A stretch of 64,000 nt of DNA from Lingula anatina (lineage: Eukaryota > Animalia > Brachiopoda), in the NCBI GenBank assembly GCA_051362555.1, contig CM120646.1:310001-374000 (forward strand), given 5' to 3'. The notes under the pieces were generated by a model. It was not told the origin of the DNA, did no database searches, and saw only the letters and a list, made by a program, of their open reading frames with translations. The position numbers were made by a program, and so were the translations under genes. Positions 27,101 through 38,336 of this stretch are shown here, one piece after another. Each line of letters starts with the position of its first letter. Position 1 is the stretch's first letter.

Positions 27101-28906
27101 GGTTATGAACGTCGGTTGTCGCAGCCATCTAGGGGTAGTTATGATGATGAACAATATCTGCCATACAGATCACGTTCATCTCCACCTATAGGTCGGTATC
27201 CTGAGGAATATGATTATTATCAGCCTCCACAGAATGAAGAGCGCCCTAGATCACATTCCATGCCTCCGCACACCTACTCAAATAGAGGATATGAATATGA
27301 TGACTTTTCTCAACCTCCATATGCAGAAGAGCCCTACTTCAGTCCACAAAGTCGCATGCGACCAGAACCTCAGGTTCCAGTGCGAGATCACAGTAGAGAT
27401 CCATCTCCATACGACAGATATGGACCTCCCAGACCTGCATTTGAACGTCCAGGTCAGGAACCTCCACCTCCGAGAGTGCCTCCATTCCAGCGCGGCTCTC
27501 ATGCTACAGAAGACAGCATGCAGAGTTTCCAGACACCTAGTATTGGGAGTGAGCGTGAGGAAACTGTACATCCCAGGTCCATGGTACGCCACAGCACTGC
27601 TAAACCACTGCGTCCTGATCGCACTTTCCACACCAGCTCCCCTAGTGAGGAGTTGGGTCTGCAGCCATTTGACCTGGATGAAATCAGCTCAGTGAACCCT
27701 TCATCAACAGCCACTTCGCGCCGTACTTTCCCTAGCTCTTCAACCTTCCCAACATCCTCATCTAATTTCCCATCCTCCACCAGCAATATCCAAGATGGTG
27801 GCCACTCACAAGCACGACAATCCGCAGCAGCATTAAGTCCTGTGATTGACATGTCGTCCATACCCCCAGAGTCGTCAGACATGTATCCGTTTGACCCCCA
27901 GGAGCCACAGAGAAGGTTCAGTGCTGGGGACATTCCTCAGACTGACACCAGGAGACTTTCACGTGACAGCAGCCCCTCTAGAGAGAGACAGATTGCACGT
28001 GTGTCACCTTCTCCAAAACGTGAAGAAACTCCATCATATCCTAGAGGAGAGGGAAGTGAGGAGCGGCCATTTCATTACACAAGAGACCGGTTACAGGGGG
28101 CTATTGAGAGGGCACGACGTGGACCTATAGCAAGACGTCTTCAGGGCTCCTCACGAGGCAGTGCACCTGATGTAGATCAGCCGTCTGAGACACCGCGCCA
28201 TTCCTGGAATGCACTAACGCCATCTACTGGAGAAAAGACTAGAGACGACTCAGGCAGAGACGGGGAAACAACTGTCATTCCTCAGACATTTGCAGACAGT
28301 GTCGCCCCCTATAAAGACATTCCAGCCAATCGTACCAGCGTTACCTCAGGTCTGAGTGGGAGCTCAGGCCGCGGCAGCAGCGGTGGAGCAGTCAGCAAAT
28401 CAGCTTCTCTGTCACATTCACAGCCCAATATCTCCCAGATGGATCAATCAGGAGACATGCCAAGCTCCAGCAGTGGCCAGGGCAGTCGAAACACCTCACA
28501 GACAATGTCGTCCTCATCACAGTCAGCACGTGGTCGTATGAATTCTTCTCTCAGTTCTACAAACACTCCTCAGGAGCATGATATTAGCACTGAGAGTTCC
28601 CCGTACTCCATAGGAGACACACAGCACAAGAGAGACGCCTCAGTGGATGAAAACTATGAATTTGATAACCCAACTGAGTCTGAACTCTTAGACGCTTTAA
28701 GGAATGTCTCAAAAACTTCCCGTAATAGCTCACGTGACTTTAACTCCAGTGATCCAGATATCTCGCGACACGAGCGCACCGGGAGAGGGGACAGGTTTTC
28801 AAAGCTGAGAGAAGAGTATAAGCAGTATCGCAGGAAGCAACAGTTGCAGCAGCCTGAGAGTCCAGGAGGAGAACAGTGGGAGGAGATTGAGAGTGAACTC
28901 TTGTGA
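1245..28906 (+). CDS. IGSF9: turtle/IGSF9-family Ig-superfamily receptor, multi-exon (SP + 4 Ig + 2 FN3 + TM + long cytoplasmic tail)
   Basis: Core exons 1245-1347, 4083-4258, 4867-4963, 11394-11499, 12116-12297, 16010-16160, 16406-16539, 16659-16774, 17018-17171, 17403-17514, 17796-17968, 23036-23329, 23929-24078, 24404-24452, 26200-28906 all have AG/GT ends and compatible phases. Optional exons 18163-18366, 20091-20165, 21786-21866. Ig motifs (C..W..D-x-G-x-Y-x-C) and FN3 motifs are present. Tail motifs IHRTADGRF and SVDENYEFD resemble those I recall from IGSF9 proteins (not checked by search). Confidence 0.85.
4083..4258 (+). CDS. IGSF9-like exon: first Ig domain, N-half
   Basis: cag|AT CCT CCA...: PPRITNSSTPTLIHKRGDSASLFCEASGMPTPTVSWTKNGEPL...RIE|gtgggt. 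Confidence 0.9.
4867..4963 (+). CDS. IGSF9-like exon: first Ig domain, C-half
   Basis: IVDLHHEDGGVYVCTFTNSISQVSQSIKLVVE, G|gtaagt. Confidence 0.9.
5387..5572. mobile_element. Harbinger/Tourist-like MITE, family A (copies at ~9990, ~15770, 47533, ~50912, 54354)
   Basis: Internal sequence is the reverse complement of 47533-47720 (ctagattactgtca...gcttaaatgtc...aagggggtaattaact...agggagttaggtcgatcta). Ends approximate. Confidence 0.7.
6439..7126. mobile_element. non-autonomous PIF/Harbinger-like element with duplicated right end
   Basis: ~65-bp TIR (GGCCCATATTTCACACAGACCACGAATCCC...). Right TIR present twice (ends 6957 and 7126). TAA flanks at 6436-6438 and 7127-7129; internal ~102-bp tandem duplication. 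Confidence 0.75.
9990..10240. mobile_element. palindromic MITE related to family A
   Basis: Hairpin arms (gcttagatgtctg.catgcctactgaagctgc / gcagcttcagtaggcatg.cagacatctaagc); shares gatcgatcta and ctcactaaattgc with 15770 and 54354. Confidence 0.6.
11394..11499 (+). CDS. IGSF9-like exon: second Ig domain, N-half
   Basis: SAFIMTPPENTTVREFQKVKLNCQAEGYPENITY, AG|gtgagt. Confidence 0.9.
11488..11888 (+). repeat. 30-bp minisatellite (~14 units) starting inside an exon and spanning its splice donor
   Basis: Unit cacctacag|gtgagtcttccctagcaacat, with variant unit cacctacaaataggcctttcctagcaacat. Confidence 0.95.
12116..12297 (+). CDS. IGSF9-like exon: second Ig domain, C-half
   Basis: WYRDNVDV...DGRLVISNVLRTDSGWYRCRPTNGIGMAPEAKAYLNVT, T|gtaagt. 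Confidence 0.92.
12271..12441 (+). repeat. 33-bp minisatellite (5 units) spanning the exon 3' end and donor
   Basis: Unit aggctaaggcgtatctcaacgtgacct|gtaagt; GT at 12298, 12331, 12364, 12397, 12430. Confidence 0.95.
12466..14941 (+). mobile_element. non-autonomous Helentron/HINE (DINE-1-like) element with internal satellite
   Basis: 15-bp subterminal IR tattgtaccaccagc (12469) / gctggtggtacaata (14892); 5' hairpin partner gctggcggtaca (~12489); 3' GC hairpin gaggcg-gtat-cgcctc (14911-14926); ends CTAGtt; T-rich insertion site. Confidence 0.75.
13425..14610 (+). repeat. 146-bp tandem satellite (~8 units) inside the Helentron-like element
   Basis: Unit starts at 13425, 13571, 13717, 13863, 14009, 14155, 14301, then degenerate copies. 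Confidence 0.92.
15770..15930. mobile_element. family A MITE, degraded
   Basis: ggaccattcccacagat...cgatctatcttcctggggagtctcactaaattgc...atgggaag; similar to 54354-54568. Confidence 0.6.
16010..16160 (+). CDS. IGSF9-like exon: third Ig domain, N-half
   Basis: PPEVLPVERNVYFPKGMTDYLPCPIDANPPVYTVTWTKNNQ..., AG|gtgtgt. Confidence 0.9.
16161..16245 (+). repeat. (GT)n/(GA)n microsatellite beginning exactly at an exon donor
   Basis: GGCAG|gtgtgtgt... followed by (ga)n. Confidence 0.9.
16406..16539 (+). CDS. IGSF9-like exon: third Ig domain, C-half
   Basis: IGLGQDWSLVFTDIRSEDTGAYTCTPYNDNGMGRSSDLMQVVVR, G|gtatgt. Confidence 0.92.
16659..16774 (+). CDS. IGSF9-like exon: fourth Ig domain, N-half
   Basis: PPYFTMRPNPYYQRMPGESVTFPCAASGTPLPVISWRK|gtaagc. 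Confidence 0.92.
17018..17171 (+). CDS. IGSF9-like exon: fourth Ig domain, C-half
   Basis: PDSYVPDDSRVSRDRHNLTISQLQKSDHGKYECVAKNAVTTVITSTLLIIE, A|gtaagg. Confidence 0.92.
17403..17514 (+). CDS. IGSF9-like exon: FN3-1, N-half
   Basis: TTPHAPYNVTVTTTQFSAKIDWKPAYDGGYPQRYVI, TG|gtacct; not in the ORF track. Confidence 0.9.
17796..17968 (+). CDS. IGSF9-like exon: FN3-1, C-half
   Basis: FKRENDQGWQTISV...LVPDSAYEFMVMSRNQLGNGLSSNKVLARTK, G|gtgagg. Confidence 0.92.
18163..18470 (+). CDS. candidate alternative exon: cassette 18163-18366, or terminal exon to stop at 18470 with hydrophobic Cys-rich tail
   Basis: Branch-like ctaacctaac, then ttcag|GT in phase 1; open frame NNYRRITT...RKRTRGRARPSTSRSDHSGRSIFSGTHFLMLLLSLLLLLLYWCCTCCCRCTC*. 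Confidence 0.6.
18749..18892 (+). repeat. ~22/23-bp minisatellite
   Basis: tcacacctaacacatttaccatg / tcacacctaacacatttattacc repeated ~6 times. Confidence 0.8.
20091..20165 (+). CDS. candidate 75-nt Ser/Thr-rich cassette exon
   Basis: Pyrimidine tract + aag|CC; VRGSTTPSSSWVPTTTSTASTLTE, G|gtactt; phase 1-1. Confidence 0.55.
21786..21866 (+). CDS. 81-nt linker exon between FN3 domains
   Basis: tgcag|GC; YDGSLPITPPTNSMGQTYFPRIESPQ, G|gtagga; phase 1-1. Confidence 0.7.
23036..23329 (+). CDS. IGSF9-like exon: FN3-2
   Basis: PRPGTPENITAILFDNGTIRVSWDPP...LLEGDTYQFQVIAYSLYAYSYPSNVAEIVID. Confidence 0.92.
23929..24078 (+). CDS. IGSF9-like exon: transmembrane segment and basic stop-transfer
   Basis: GIISIAVGCVLILIITIIIIVVVC followed by RVRRQKKKRRK; G|gtaagg. 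Confidence 0.92.
24404..24452 (+). CDS. IGSF9-like small juxtamembrane exon
   Basis: Strong acceptor (T-rich cag); DIKYDTPNHVNAFNK, AA|gtaggt; bridges phase 1 to the phase-2 start of the last exon. Confidence 0.75.
25716..25981. mobile_element. CAGGGGCGGATC-type (hAT-like) MITE, degraded
   Basis: caggggcagatcc ... gtatctgtccctg termini; same terminal class as 40947 and 54773. Confidence 0.45.
26200..28906 (+). CDS. IGSF9-like last exon: ~900-aa low-complexity cytoplasmic tail
   Basis: ttccag|C CAA GAG... is in frame with the 884-aa ORF; P/R/S/Y-rich; ends ...EEIESELL*. Confidence 0.9.
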
Positions 28907-31476
28907 AGTGGAGGCACAAATAATGAGATTTTAGAAGAAATCTTGTGAACTTAAAGAACAGATAGTGAGCTCCTTAGGAGTGGAGGTACAGATCATGAGA
29001 AAGAGAGTGTGAAAATTTTATGAAAAGGAGATAAATAATAATGTTGATGTTGAGACATGATTTATCAGAATAAAAAATAAAACCAGGGTTGCATTTAATA
29101 TGGATAATTTCAGATAGAGAGTATTCAAAAAGTTATAATAGGTATAGGAATGTGCTTTTAGGGATTTTTGAAATATACAGTTAAATTGAGGAGAGACAGC
29201 AGGCTTGCAGGAGCTGTAAGTTCCTACATTAAAAGTATATCTGCATGAATGTACAAAAAAGAAGTAATGTGCTGGGGGGTTAATAAAAGAGATGTCAACT
29301 GTCTGGCTTCAGAAGCATGTGAGAGTTCTCAGACAAATAATGCAAGATTGCCAGTAGTTTACCTGCCACAGAATATATACATATATATAAAGATGGTGAT
29401 ATTCTCTATGTATATAAAACTTTGAATAGAACACTATAGTTTGTAATTAATATTGTAAACATTTACTTGCAGTAAAAAGTGGTCACCACAAACAATTGTA
29501 ACTTAAAAAGTTCCCAGTGTGTATACATAGAATATATGCATATAATTGGGCAATTTGTAAAGCAAGGAATTATATACAAACTGTATATAACCTGGTATTG
29601 TACAGTTTTTACTGAAGAGTGACTAGAAATTTCATTGATGTTTTATTCTACCTGTAACAGCACAACTGGACAAGGTATATTTATGTGTATATGTATGTAA
29701 TATGTATTTCAGAGCCTGACTAATTATATTGAGTCATTCCATATGAATTGTAGCATATATGTGTAATTTAAAGTGATGATTACTATCTTGTCTTTGAATA
29801 TGGAGACATTTATTTTGAATGTTGACATTGACACTTTTAGTCAAAATCACATCAAGCTTTTTTTAAAAAATGTACAAGTATTCTTAGTCTAAATTTTTAT
29901 TAACTCACTTTTTAAGGTTTAAGTTAACCCTCTTGTTAAGGGCAGACATTTCCATATAATATCATTTTTCACTAAAATATGAAGAGCGCTGTAACAATGA
30001 ATTGTATTGTGGCAATTTGAACAAACTCCTTTTCATTCAAATGATCTGCTTTGCCATATTTTTTTCTGATTATTTGTAAACATTTTTCCAAACATTTGTA
30101 AACATTTTGTTTTAAATAGTTTTGTCACAATCTCCACATCCATCAAATGAAAGACTGATCTCTGTTTGAGAAATCTCATTCCTTTTGTAGATTCTTCTAT
30201 CTCTTCATTCAGCACAAGTTTTGCTAGATTTAATTTTAAAACAACATATATTTGATGATAGCTTTTGTACTCCAAGATTCCATGACACTGGCTGAGACTA
30301 GCATACACATTTTGAAGCAGAATTTTATAACACTGGTGGCAATACACTCCCTAGATCTACAATATCGCTTAATTTAATTGGCTAACGTAGCTGCTTCCCT
30401 TGTTCAGTTTTCATTTGTCAAAACATGTAGGGATTTCTGCGATAACTCAGTCGTTGATGATGTAGTATGCGCCTTATATTCCACGTGAATATCTTGACCC
30501 CTCCTAGAAACCAGTGTTAACGTTCCCAAACAACTATAACGGCTATGTCTTGTAGTTATATTTGTGTTGGTAGAGAGGTTTATGTCGTCATTTTGCAACG
30601 TTTGGAATTAAGGTGCATTTACATATATCTTAGGTTGGCTCTTGTTGCGTCCCGTCTGTACACTGCACGATGGAGCTTATCTCGCCATACAGACGGTACA
30701 CCTCGCCCCTTGCTAACTGGACGCCGAGTGTAACTTGCGACATCAGATAGTTGACGCTTGGCTTAAATTTCCTGCGTCAAGCTTATAGAAGGACCAGCCT
30801 GATTTGTATGGAAACGCGCCTTCAGACGCTACGGCCTACTGAGTGTATCGGTTGCAGCCTTAGGAATCAAGGGTTCTAATGGATTTCTTTGATCATACTC
30901 TAGAATCAAAGAGATCGATAGTTGAAATTGCAAATGTAAATATTGATTAAACTGCTATTTGTACAGAATACTCGACTAAGCCATTACACACCAAGGAGAG
31001 TCGGTAGATTGAAACTAACGTATCCCACATTAGATCTTGTAAGATTTGGCGGTTCTTGCAACAAATGCAGCTCATATAGAGTGCTTCTTATAATGCGATG
31101 ACACTAGAAACTGGGCTTTCTTGGCTCAGACAAGAACTGTCAAAGGAGGTGAAATTGTAGTTTATAAGTTGTCTTCTAGATTGTAACCAATAGACTGACT
31201 CCACCTTTCGTCCAACCCAAGGCAGGTTCGGTATCTTGCTATAGATTGGAGAACTGAAATTGCCGAAGGTTTTGCCATTACCTTTTTGCAACCATCGGCG
31301 GCCATACCAGTATTGTAGCTGCCTAAACACCACTGTAATCAAAGCTGTCCAACGACATAACAAGAAATAAAAAGATCCATATTAACTTAATTTCATTGTT
31401 TTATTAATATTGTTATTCACAGTAATGTCGTTTTGTGTACGAAAACTACGTTTGTAAAAGATCCCTGACAAAAAGC

Positions 31477-31515
<39 letters not shown>

Positions 31516-32832
31516 TTTTCTTTTGTTTTTTCCCTTAAGTTCCACTGTACCAAGCTCTGATGACTGGCCGACGTCTGACATCAAATGATCAAGTCTTAAC
31601 CCGCATCTAACAGATTGTCCGAACGCTGTTTAAATAAAAAAGGGAGGAGAGGTCCTAATTTTAAAGCATACTTTCTCGGCACTGTACTGATTTTTAGGCT
31701 GACAAAATGGAACACATCTGTCGGCTATTGAAATCAAAAGGTACACTCTGTCCATGTATAAAACTTTATTAAAGGAATAGGTTTCTACATGGATTTTTTT
31801 CTCAAGATAGCTATCTTTATCTCATTTAACAACAATAACTATAATTTATTAACCTCCTACGTTAATGCATAAAAGTGAATTACAAAATTGGAAAATGTCT
31901 TCAAATATTAAAAAATCAACAAGTAACGTTGTACAATTCTTTGTAAATGCCGTGCTGGTGAATCACTTGTTTGTAGAGGAAAATATTACGTTAAGCAATC
32001 GTTATTTGTTACAATCATATTCATCCAGTCCTTGATATTTTAAAACTTCTACAGAAGCTTATATTTTAACAGATTTTGTCTGTAGGCTCAAATATAAACA
32101 GAGTTAAAGGGCGAGACGTACTTTAAAGTATTACGAGCATCAAAATACACACGCAGGCGTGGGGCAAGGCAAAACGACTCCTTGAAAATCGTTAAAACAC
32201 TTATTTGAAAAAATTGTAACAGCAGTGAATTTAAAAAAGTATTTCTATAACAAAATAATATGCCATATCCAAAGAAAATCAAATATGAAATTATCAAAGG
32301 GAAAATTGCCTTGAAATATTTTATTAATTTTACTTATCATTATATGTAGATCGGTTTCGCACGTATTCGATTGCGGCATTGTACACTAAATACCCGTGTA
32401 ACCGATTTGAAATATTTGGTACTTCTTTCGTTTAATAAGGTCAAATAAATGCAGTTAGTATCTCAATGGCTGGTACTTAAAATCGAACAAGTTTGTTGTC
32501 TATTTTTGTCTTCATAACACTACGTGCGTAATCCCTGTAGTTTTATTTTCTGTTGAAAACATATCACTTGTGTTAGATGTGGCTGTCTATTGTCTTCTCT
32601 CTAGTAAACTACGTTCCAATGTGACAGAAATGGTAGTCCTAGGAATGTAGTCCAGGTTCCAATATGATAAGTACTGGTTAGGGTTAATTAAGGTATTAGG
32701 GTTAGTATATGGAACGGATGTCACCTGTACATGTACAAATAGTCATGAGGAACAGAGTAAAATTCTTAACAGACTACCATTCTTGTCACATTGAATTATT
32801 TATACAGCCGACGTGGTCACTTTTTCGGTCAT

Positions 32833-34240
32833 TCAAGCCGAGGTGGTTGGCATGGTCGTCCAGAAACTGTCCCAAGAATCCCCCCACGAGGTATTACCCA
32901 CGGAGTCGGAGTAGGAGCTGACCGCGGCTGCCCAGAAGATAAAAGGGCTGGTGACCAGCAGAACCACAGCAACGATGACACAGAGCAGCGTGATCACGAT
33001 GCCGGCGATGTTAAGGCCCAGGGCCACGCTGCCGCTGGACTTGGCGCTGGCGGTGTCTCCATGGTCTGTCGCACTCCGAGACTTTACTGGAACAAGATAC
33101 AGAGAGAGAACTTACTTAGGAAATTCACTGTTTTAATACTACTTTCCACACAACACGTCCAGCATTTCTTCAAATTACGTAGAATATGTGGAACATAATT
33201 TTTTAAAAATGTTGTTCCAAAAATGACTTCAATGTCTCTAATTTACTACATGTACGAGTACTTTACATATGGATAAAGCCGTCTACACGTTATATAGACA
33301 ACTTTGTCTAGTGTCTATGTAAGATGACGACCTGTCCTCTTGTACTAGAAGTCTGTAGAGTAGATGTTCTGCAGAGGGGAGAAGAGCGACCAAATTTAAA
33401 GCATGTTGTAAATAAAAAAATACTTACTTGAGAAAATCAGGGCCAATATTCCAAATAAGAAGTTGCAGCAGAGCATCACGAAGATGGAGAAGTAGAGGTA
33501 ACTATAGGGTCTTGGCGTGGTCACCACAGTGGCCGGCATGATGACCTGGGCGCCGGGCTGAGGTCTGGAAGATAGGGATATACACGGGTTAAAGGGATAA
33601 CTACTGTTCACTTTGGCCAAAAATGAATTTTCATTGGTTAAAGTACAATTTCCCCATATTTATCAATGGTAAATGAATTCATTTCGTCATTCAAAGTGAG
33701 TCCCTGGTTTTATTCTAAAAAGTTTGGCTTCTTTGTAATATTCTCTTAAGAGGTTATTACAGAGTGTAGCCAACTATGGGGGTCACATGATTTAATGGCA
33801 AGCACAAATTCCAGAATAATCATTAGCTGCCGTTTTGGTGGTAAAACAATTTATTATATTTCTATGAGTTGTTTACAATGTATTTATTGTGAAATATGGA
33901 TATCATGCGAAGAGTTTTTATCCCTTTAACACAATCAGAGAGGAGATCAGAGGGGGGGGGGCGGGGCTGGGGTATAGAAAATGGGGGCAAACACTAGTTA
34001 ATATGTTTTAATGAATATAAGAGTGGGTTCGATTTATTTTTAGAAATAGCTTTTCTTCTTGGAGAGAGAGAGGGGGGGGGGTTAAACTCACTGGTACATG
34101 ACGGCCCCTTGCCCCGGTTGTTGCCCAGGGGGGTAATACTGCACTGGTTGACCTGGCTGCACTGGTTGACCTGGCTGCATTGGTTGCAGCTGAGGTTGTG
34201 GTGAAGTTGGACTCGGCTGAGGCGGCATTTGGTTGGCCAT
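32833..34240 (-). CDS. dispanin/CD225-domain membrane protein (PRRT1/IFITM-like), paralog 1, 179 aa
   Basis: Exons 34240-34092, 33564-33428, 33086-32833, phase-compatible. P/Q-rich N-terminus, P..YL.FSIFVMLCCNFLFGILALIFS.KSR.A...GD...AK...VALGLNI + TM. Non-coding upstream exon donor near 34682. Confidence 0.9.
33593..33925. mobile_element. TTAA-flanked MITE (Kolobok-like), same family as 62996-63332
   Basis: ttaa|agggataa ... ttatccct|ttaa; internal ggccaaaaatgaattttc matches the reverse complement of the 63.3-kb copy. Confidence 0.7.
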
Positions 34241-36986
34241 AACTATAAAACATGCACGACGACACATGACAATTATTAACTTAAATTAGTAACTTCATTC
34301 GTCATTTCAATTATTTTAGATTTCCCAGATTACCCAAATGTGAGAGATAATGGCATATAGACAACTGATAAACAATTGATAAACAATTTTTAAGAAAGCT
34401 TCAGAAGTTTAATGTTATAACAACCGTACAATCTATTTTCATTGAGCTTCTATGTAATAAGAACAATAAATCATCAGTGAAAAATATCATTACTAAGATA
34501 TTTAACAAAAAATTAAAACAATCTACATCCGAGATTACCGGCGTATAAATATTGTAGACTTACGGATGAATAGAAGGGAAAAAGCAACACTTGCATCTAA
34601 TTTCCTGACAATATTAAAAACATCTTAACAACTGTTATCCAAATACTTAACATTTAAAATATGGCCATAAATCGAGACTTACTTGTGTATTTTCGTAGTA
34701 ATCCACAAGCTGCCGATTTTTACTACAGCAGTGACATTATGGGATGGCACTAAGCTGGCCTCGTTGTGATTGAAAATGCAACCGAGACCGGATTTTGGGT
34801 ATTTCTTCTTCTTCTTCTCATTATTATTATTATTATTTGTTTCTGCCGGTTGTAAAATGCGTTTTGTTGCAAAATGTGGCTGTAGCCTAGGCCTACTCTC
34901 TCCCATAGGCCTATTTAACTCAAATTTAGAGACATGAGCACGAGAAATGGTTAAATCGTATAAATACCAGTAGATTGACTTTTCTCGGTAGCCTAAACCC
35001 AAACGACATAAAATGGGAAAGAAAAAGAAAGGTCTAAATCTGAATGTAAAAAAAACGCTTTTAACGATTAATTTTTCAAAGTATTTTAAAAGCTGTAGGC
35101 CTAAAGCTTTGTCCGTCCTATGGGAGACTGCCTACCGCCCCCCCCTCCTTCTCCCTCCTTCTCTCTCTCTCTCTCTTTTAGTAAAAATAAAAAAGGCCTA
35201 TACAAGGTATGCGATCAATATTTTTATTTGATGATGACAATAAAATTTGTGCATAGTCGACAATCTATCCGTCGATAAAGCATCAACACATGAAAACTGC
35301 ACTTTTAAAACATTCAAATTTACAAAATAGGCCTATAGGCCTATGATTCATACAAGAAATGGAGATAATAATAACGGTTTAAAGAAAAATAGAAGTAACA
35401 TTGGTGTGTGTTTGATTCCTAGCAAATCATTTCGTCTTCATGGAGCTCTTTTTCTTTGATTATCTCATCAGCAAAATACACTTTACAAAAATATCTACAT
35501 TCTTTGAAATGCCTACTCCAGATAGTGTTAATTCAGAAAATAAGTGATTTCTTTACAGAAAATATTCATTACATTGAAAGCCTACGCAGTCTTAAGTAGG
35601 GCCTACTCCTCTGTCGACAAGTGCATGTTGTTTTAAGTTAAGATAAAAAGGTGGTCTGTTGGCAAGCAACACATCTTTATATCAGATGTCACGTTACATG
35701 TAGCCTACCACCGCGATGCGACTTTTGAATGTCTGAGGAACATTCTAAGATTTTAAAAAAGTCTACTTATCAAAACTATATAATGTTAATGGATTAGAAA
35801 ATCTTGGTTAACTAGAGTAATAAATCATCTAACTTCTTCTACTTTATATATCACCACAGTATAAAGTTAAGTGCCGTACTACAGTCACTGTAATGGAGGG
35901 AATGTTAACGAAGGTCCACACACATTAAGTACATCACAATACACAAAATATACTACACATTATCTGTTTATGTATAAAATCTTGGAATAAAAATTGAAAT
36001 AGGTTACCCAGAAGTTTGACTAAAACATTTTACTGATCACACTGTTTTCATCCATCTTCTGTGAAATATTAAAGAAAAAATAAAATGCAAGATAAAACTG
36101 TTGGGTTTTGAATAATCGCTTCGCATTCCTTTGGGTTTTTTTTCTTTCGAATTCTCTTCTTACTTAATATATATATATATGGAGGTATTTTGGTGATTTC
36201 ATTTGTCAACAGGTCACATTTTAATTGCATGACATTTAAAGATACACGCATCGTCCTATTGGCCATAATAGACTATCTTATAAAGAAAAATGGAAGATTT
36301 AACTGTCTCATCATAACTCATCACAAGCCAAATTTAAATATCAGTGATGTATTTATGTGAAATCAAACCAAACCTTCGGGAAATGGAAAGTATCACACAT
36401 AAAAAGACTGAAAGTTGATTTCACATGACAGGGCCTAAATCTTTTTCAAAATTATTCCAATGGTCGATGTTCTGTCACAGTTGCGCTGATATACAAATAG
36501 GCTAATCGGTCTTCAAATAGAAGCGTGCGTGTCTAGCCCAAGCATTTTATGATAACTAAAATAAATCACTTTCAGTCAACCTGAGAATCATCTGAATGGA
36601 TCTGAATATTCGGTAGGCCTATCCAAACGACAGAATCTGTCGAAGTTTCCCGAATAATCGAATAACTGTGCCCGCAAAAGCCGCAAGTAAAATTTATATG
36701 ACTGTAAGCTCTTGCTTACCAAACTGAGATAATTGTTTTTAGAAATCGTATGGAAGTCATTTCATAAGTAGGCCCTAATAATCAGCTATGTGTGCCCATG
36801 ATACATAAATGTGTAAAAAAGTGCACTTAATTCTTTTCGCGCCGTTATTCCTATCAATAGACTTAATCAAATATTAGTTACAATATCAATTGTTAAAAAA
36901 AAATTAATTTAAACCTCAAATGCAAACATTTGTGCGTACATAGACGTATATCCGCCTATACTGTACGCATATCCTGCCAGCCACGC

Positions 36987-37974
36987 CTATCCGTAAGTAT
37001 TGATAGCGGACGCGGCTGCTGCCCAGAATAAATAGGGGGCGGTAAAGACCAAGATGACCACGACGACCACAATGATGACTGAAGACACGATACCGGTGAT
37101 GTTAAGCCCCAGCGCCACCTTGCCGTGAGAACGTGCTGTCTCCGTGTCACCACGGTCTGCTGCACTGCTGGACATTACTGAAATAAATAAATAAACAAAT
37201 AAATAAATATCGTTTCAAATAAATAAACAAACGAATATACATAAATAAATAAATATTATCATAAATAAATACCATTTCAAATAAATAAATAATATTTCAA
37301 AGATCATTTCATAAGAAAATATATAATTTTATTTATATATCTATTTGTTAACAGATAGAGCCAAAACAATAAAGATAGGGAAAGATGGGTGAGCACTGGA
37401 AAGAAGAAATGAAGAGATAGAGAGTAATTTAAAACTGAATTTTTTTTATTCATCCATTTGTTTTATAGACTACGGTATTTGACCAAGGTGATTTGAAAAA
37501 GTCTTGTATTGAGATAAGGTCGAAACGTGGTAATGTCCGTTTCAAACGTAGGCCTACATGTTATATTCACTATATAGCCTATTGGAATCCATTTTAATTT
37601 CAATTAAGTTATATTAGAAATATTGGACAGATAAATTAAAGACATACCCATTCACCATCAATGAAATACTTACTTGAAAATATTAAGGCAATGATTCCAC
37701 AAAGCAAGTTACAACAAAGCAATACAAATATGGAGAAACCCAGATAGCTTGCCGGACGCGGCGCTGCTTGGGTGACCACGACGGTGGCGCCGCCATAGGG
37801 CTGTCCTGTCACCACGCCTTGTTGACCAGGGCTGGGAAATACAGTGAAACAATGAATGGCACTGATTAAAGAATACATTAAAATAAAAACCTTAAACATA
37901 CGTAAGCAGAAAAAAAAAGAAATGCATATTGATAAATTCCTTGGTGCTTATTTCCAATTAGAGTTTGAAAAATG

Positions 37975-38025
<51 letters not shown>

Positions 38026-38298
38026 TACTTATTGCATTTACCAAATCTTACCAAAATCTACAATTTAGCTAACTATACCAATTTGATGCTATATTTAATC
38101 TAAAACTGTTTTAGTGTAAACGGACATAAATACAATGAGAGAGAGAGAGAGAGGGTGGGGGAAGAGATGGGGCGGCTACATATAGAGGAAATGCATATTG
38201 ATAAATTCCTTGGTGTTTATTTCCAATTAGAGTTTGAAAAATGGTTATTATTATTATTTACTTATTGCATTTACCACATCTTACCAAAACCCACAACA

Positions 38299-38336
<38 letters not shown>

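Noticed and set aside
26559-28917. Overlapping alternative-frame and antisense ORFs of 61-210 aa
   Set aside because: Expected shadows of a long, GC-richer coding exon; no domain features.
30360-31360. Possible ncRNA/tRNA in the first CpG-rich kilobase after the IGSF9-like gene
   Set aside because: No cloverleaf, A/B boxes or snoRNA box pairing that I could support by eye.
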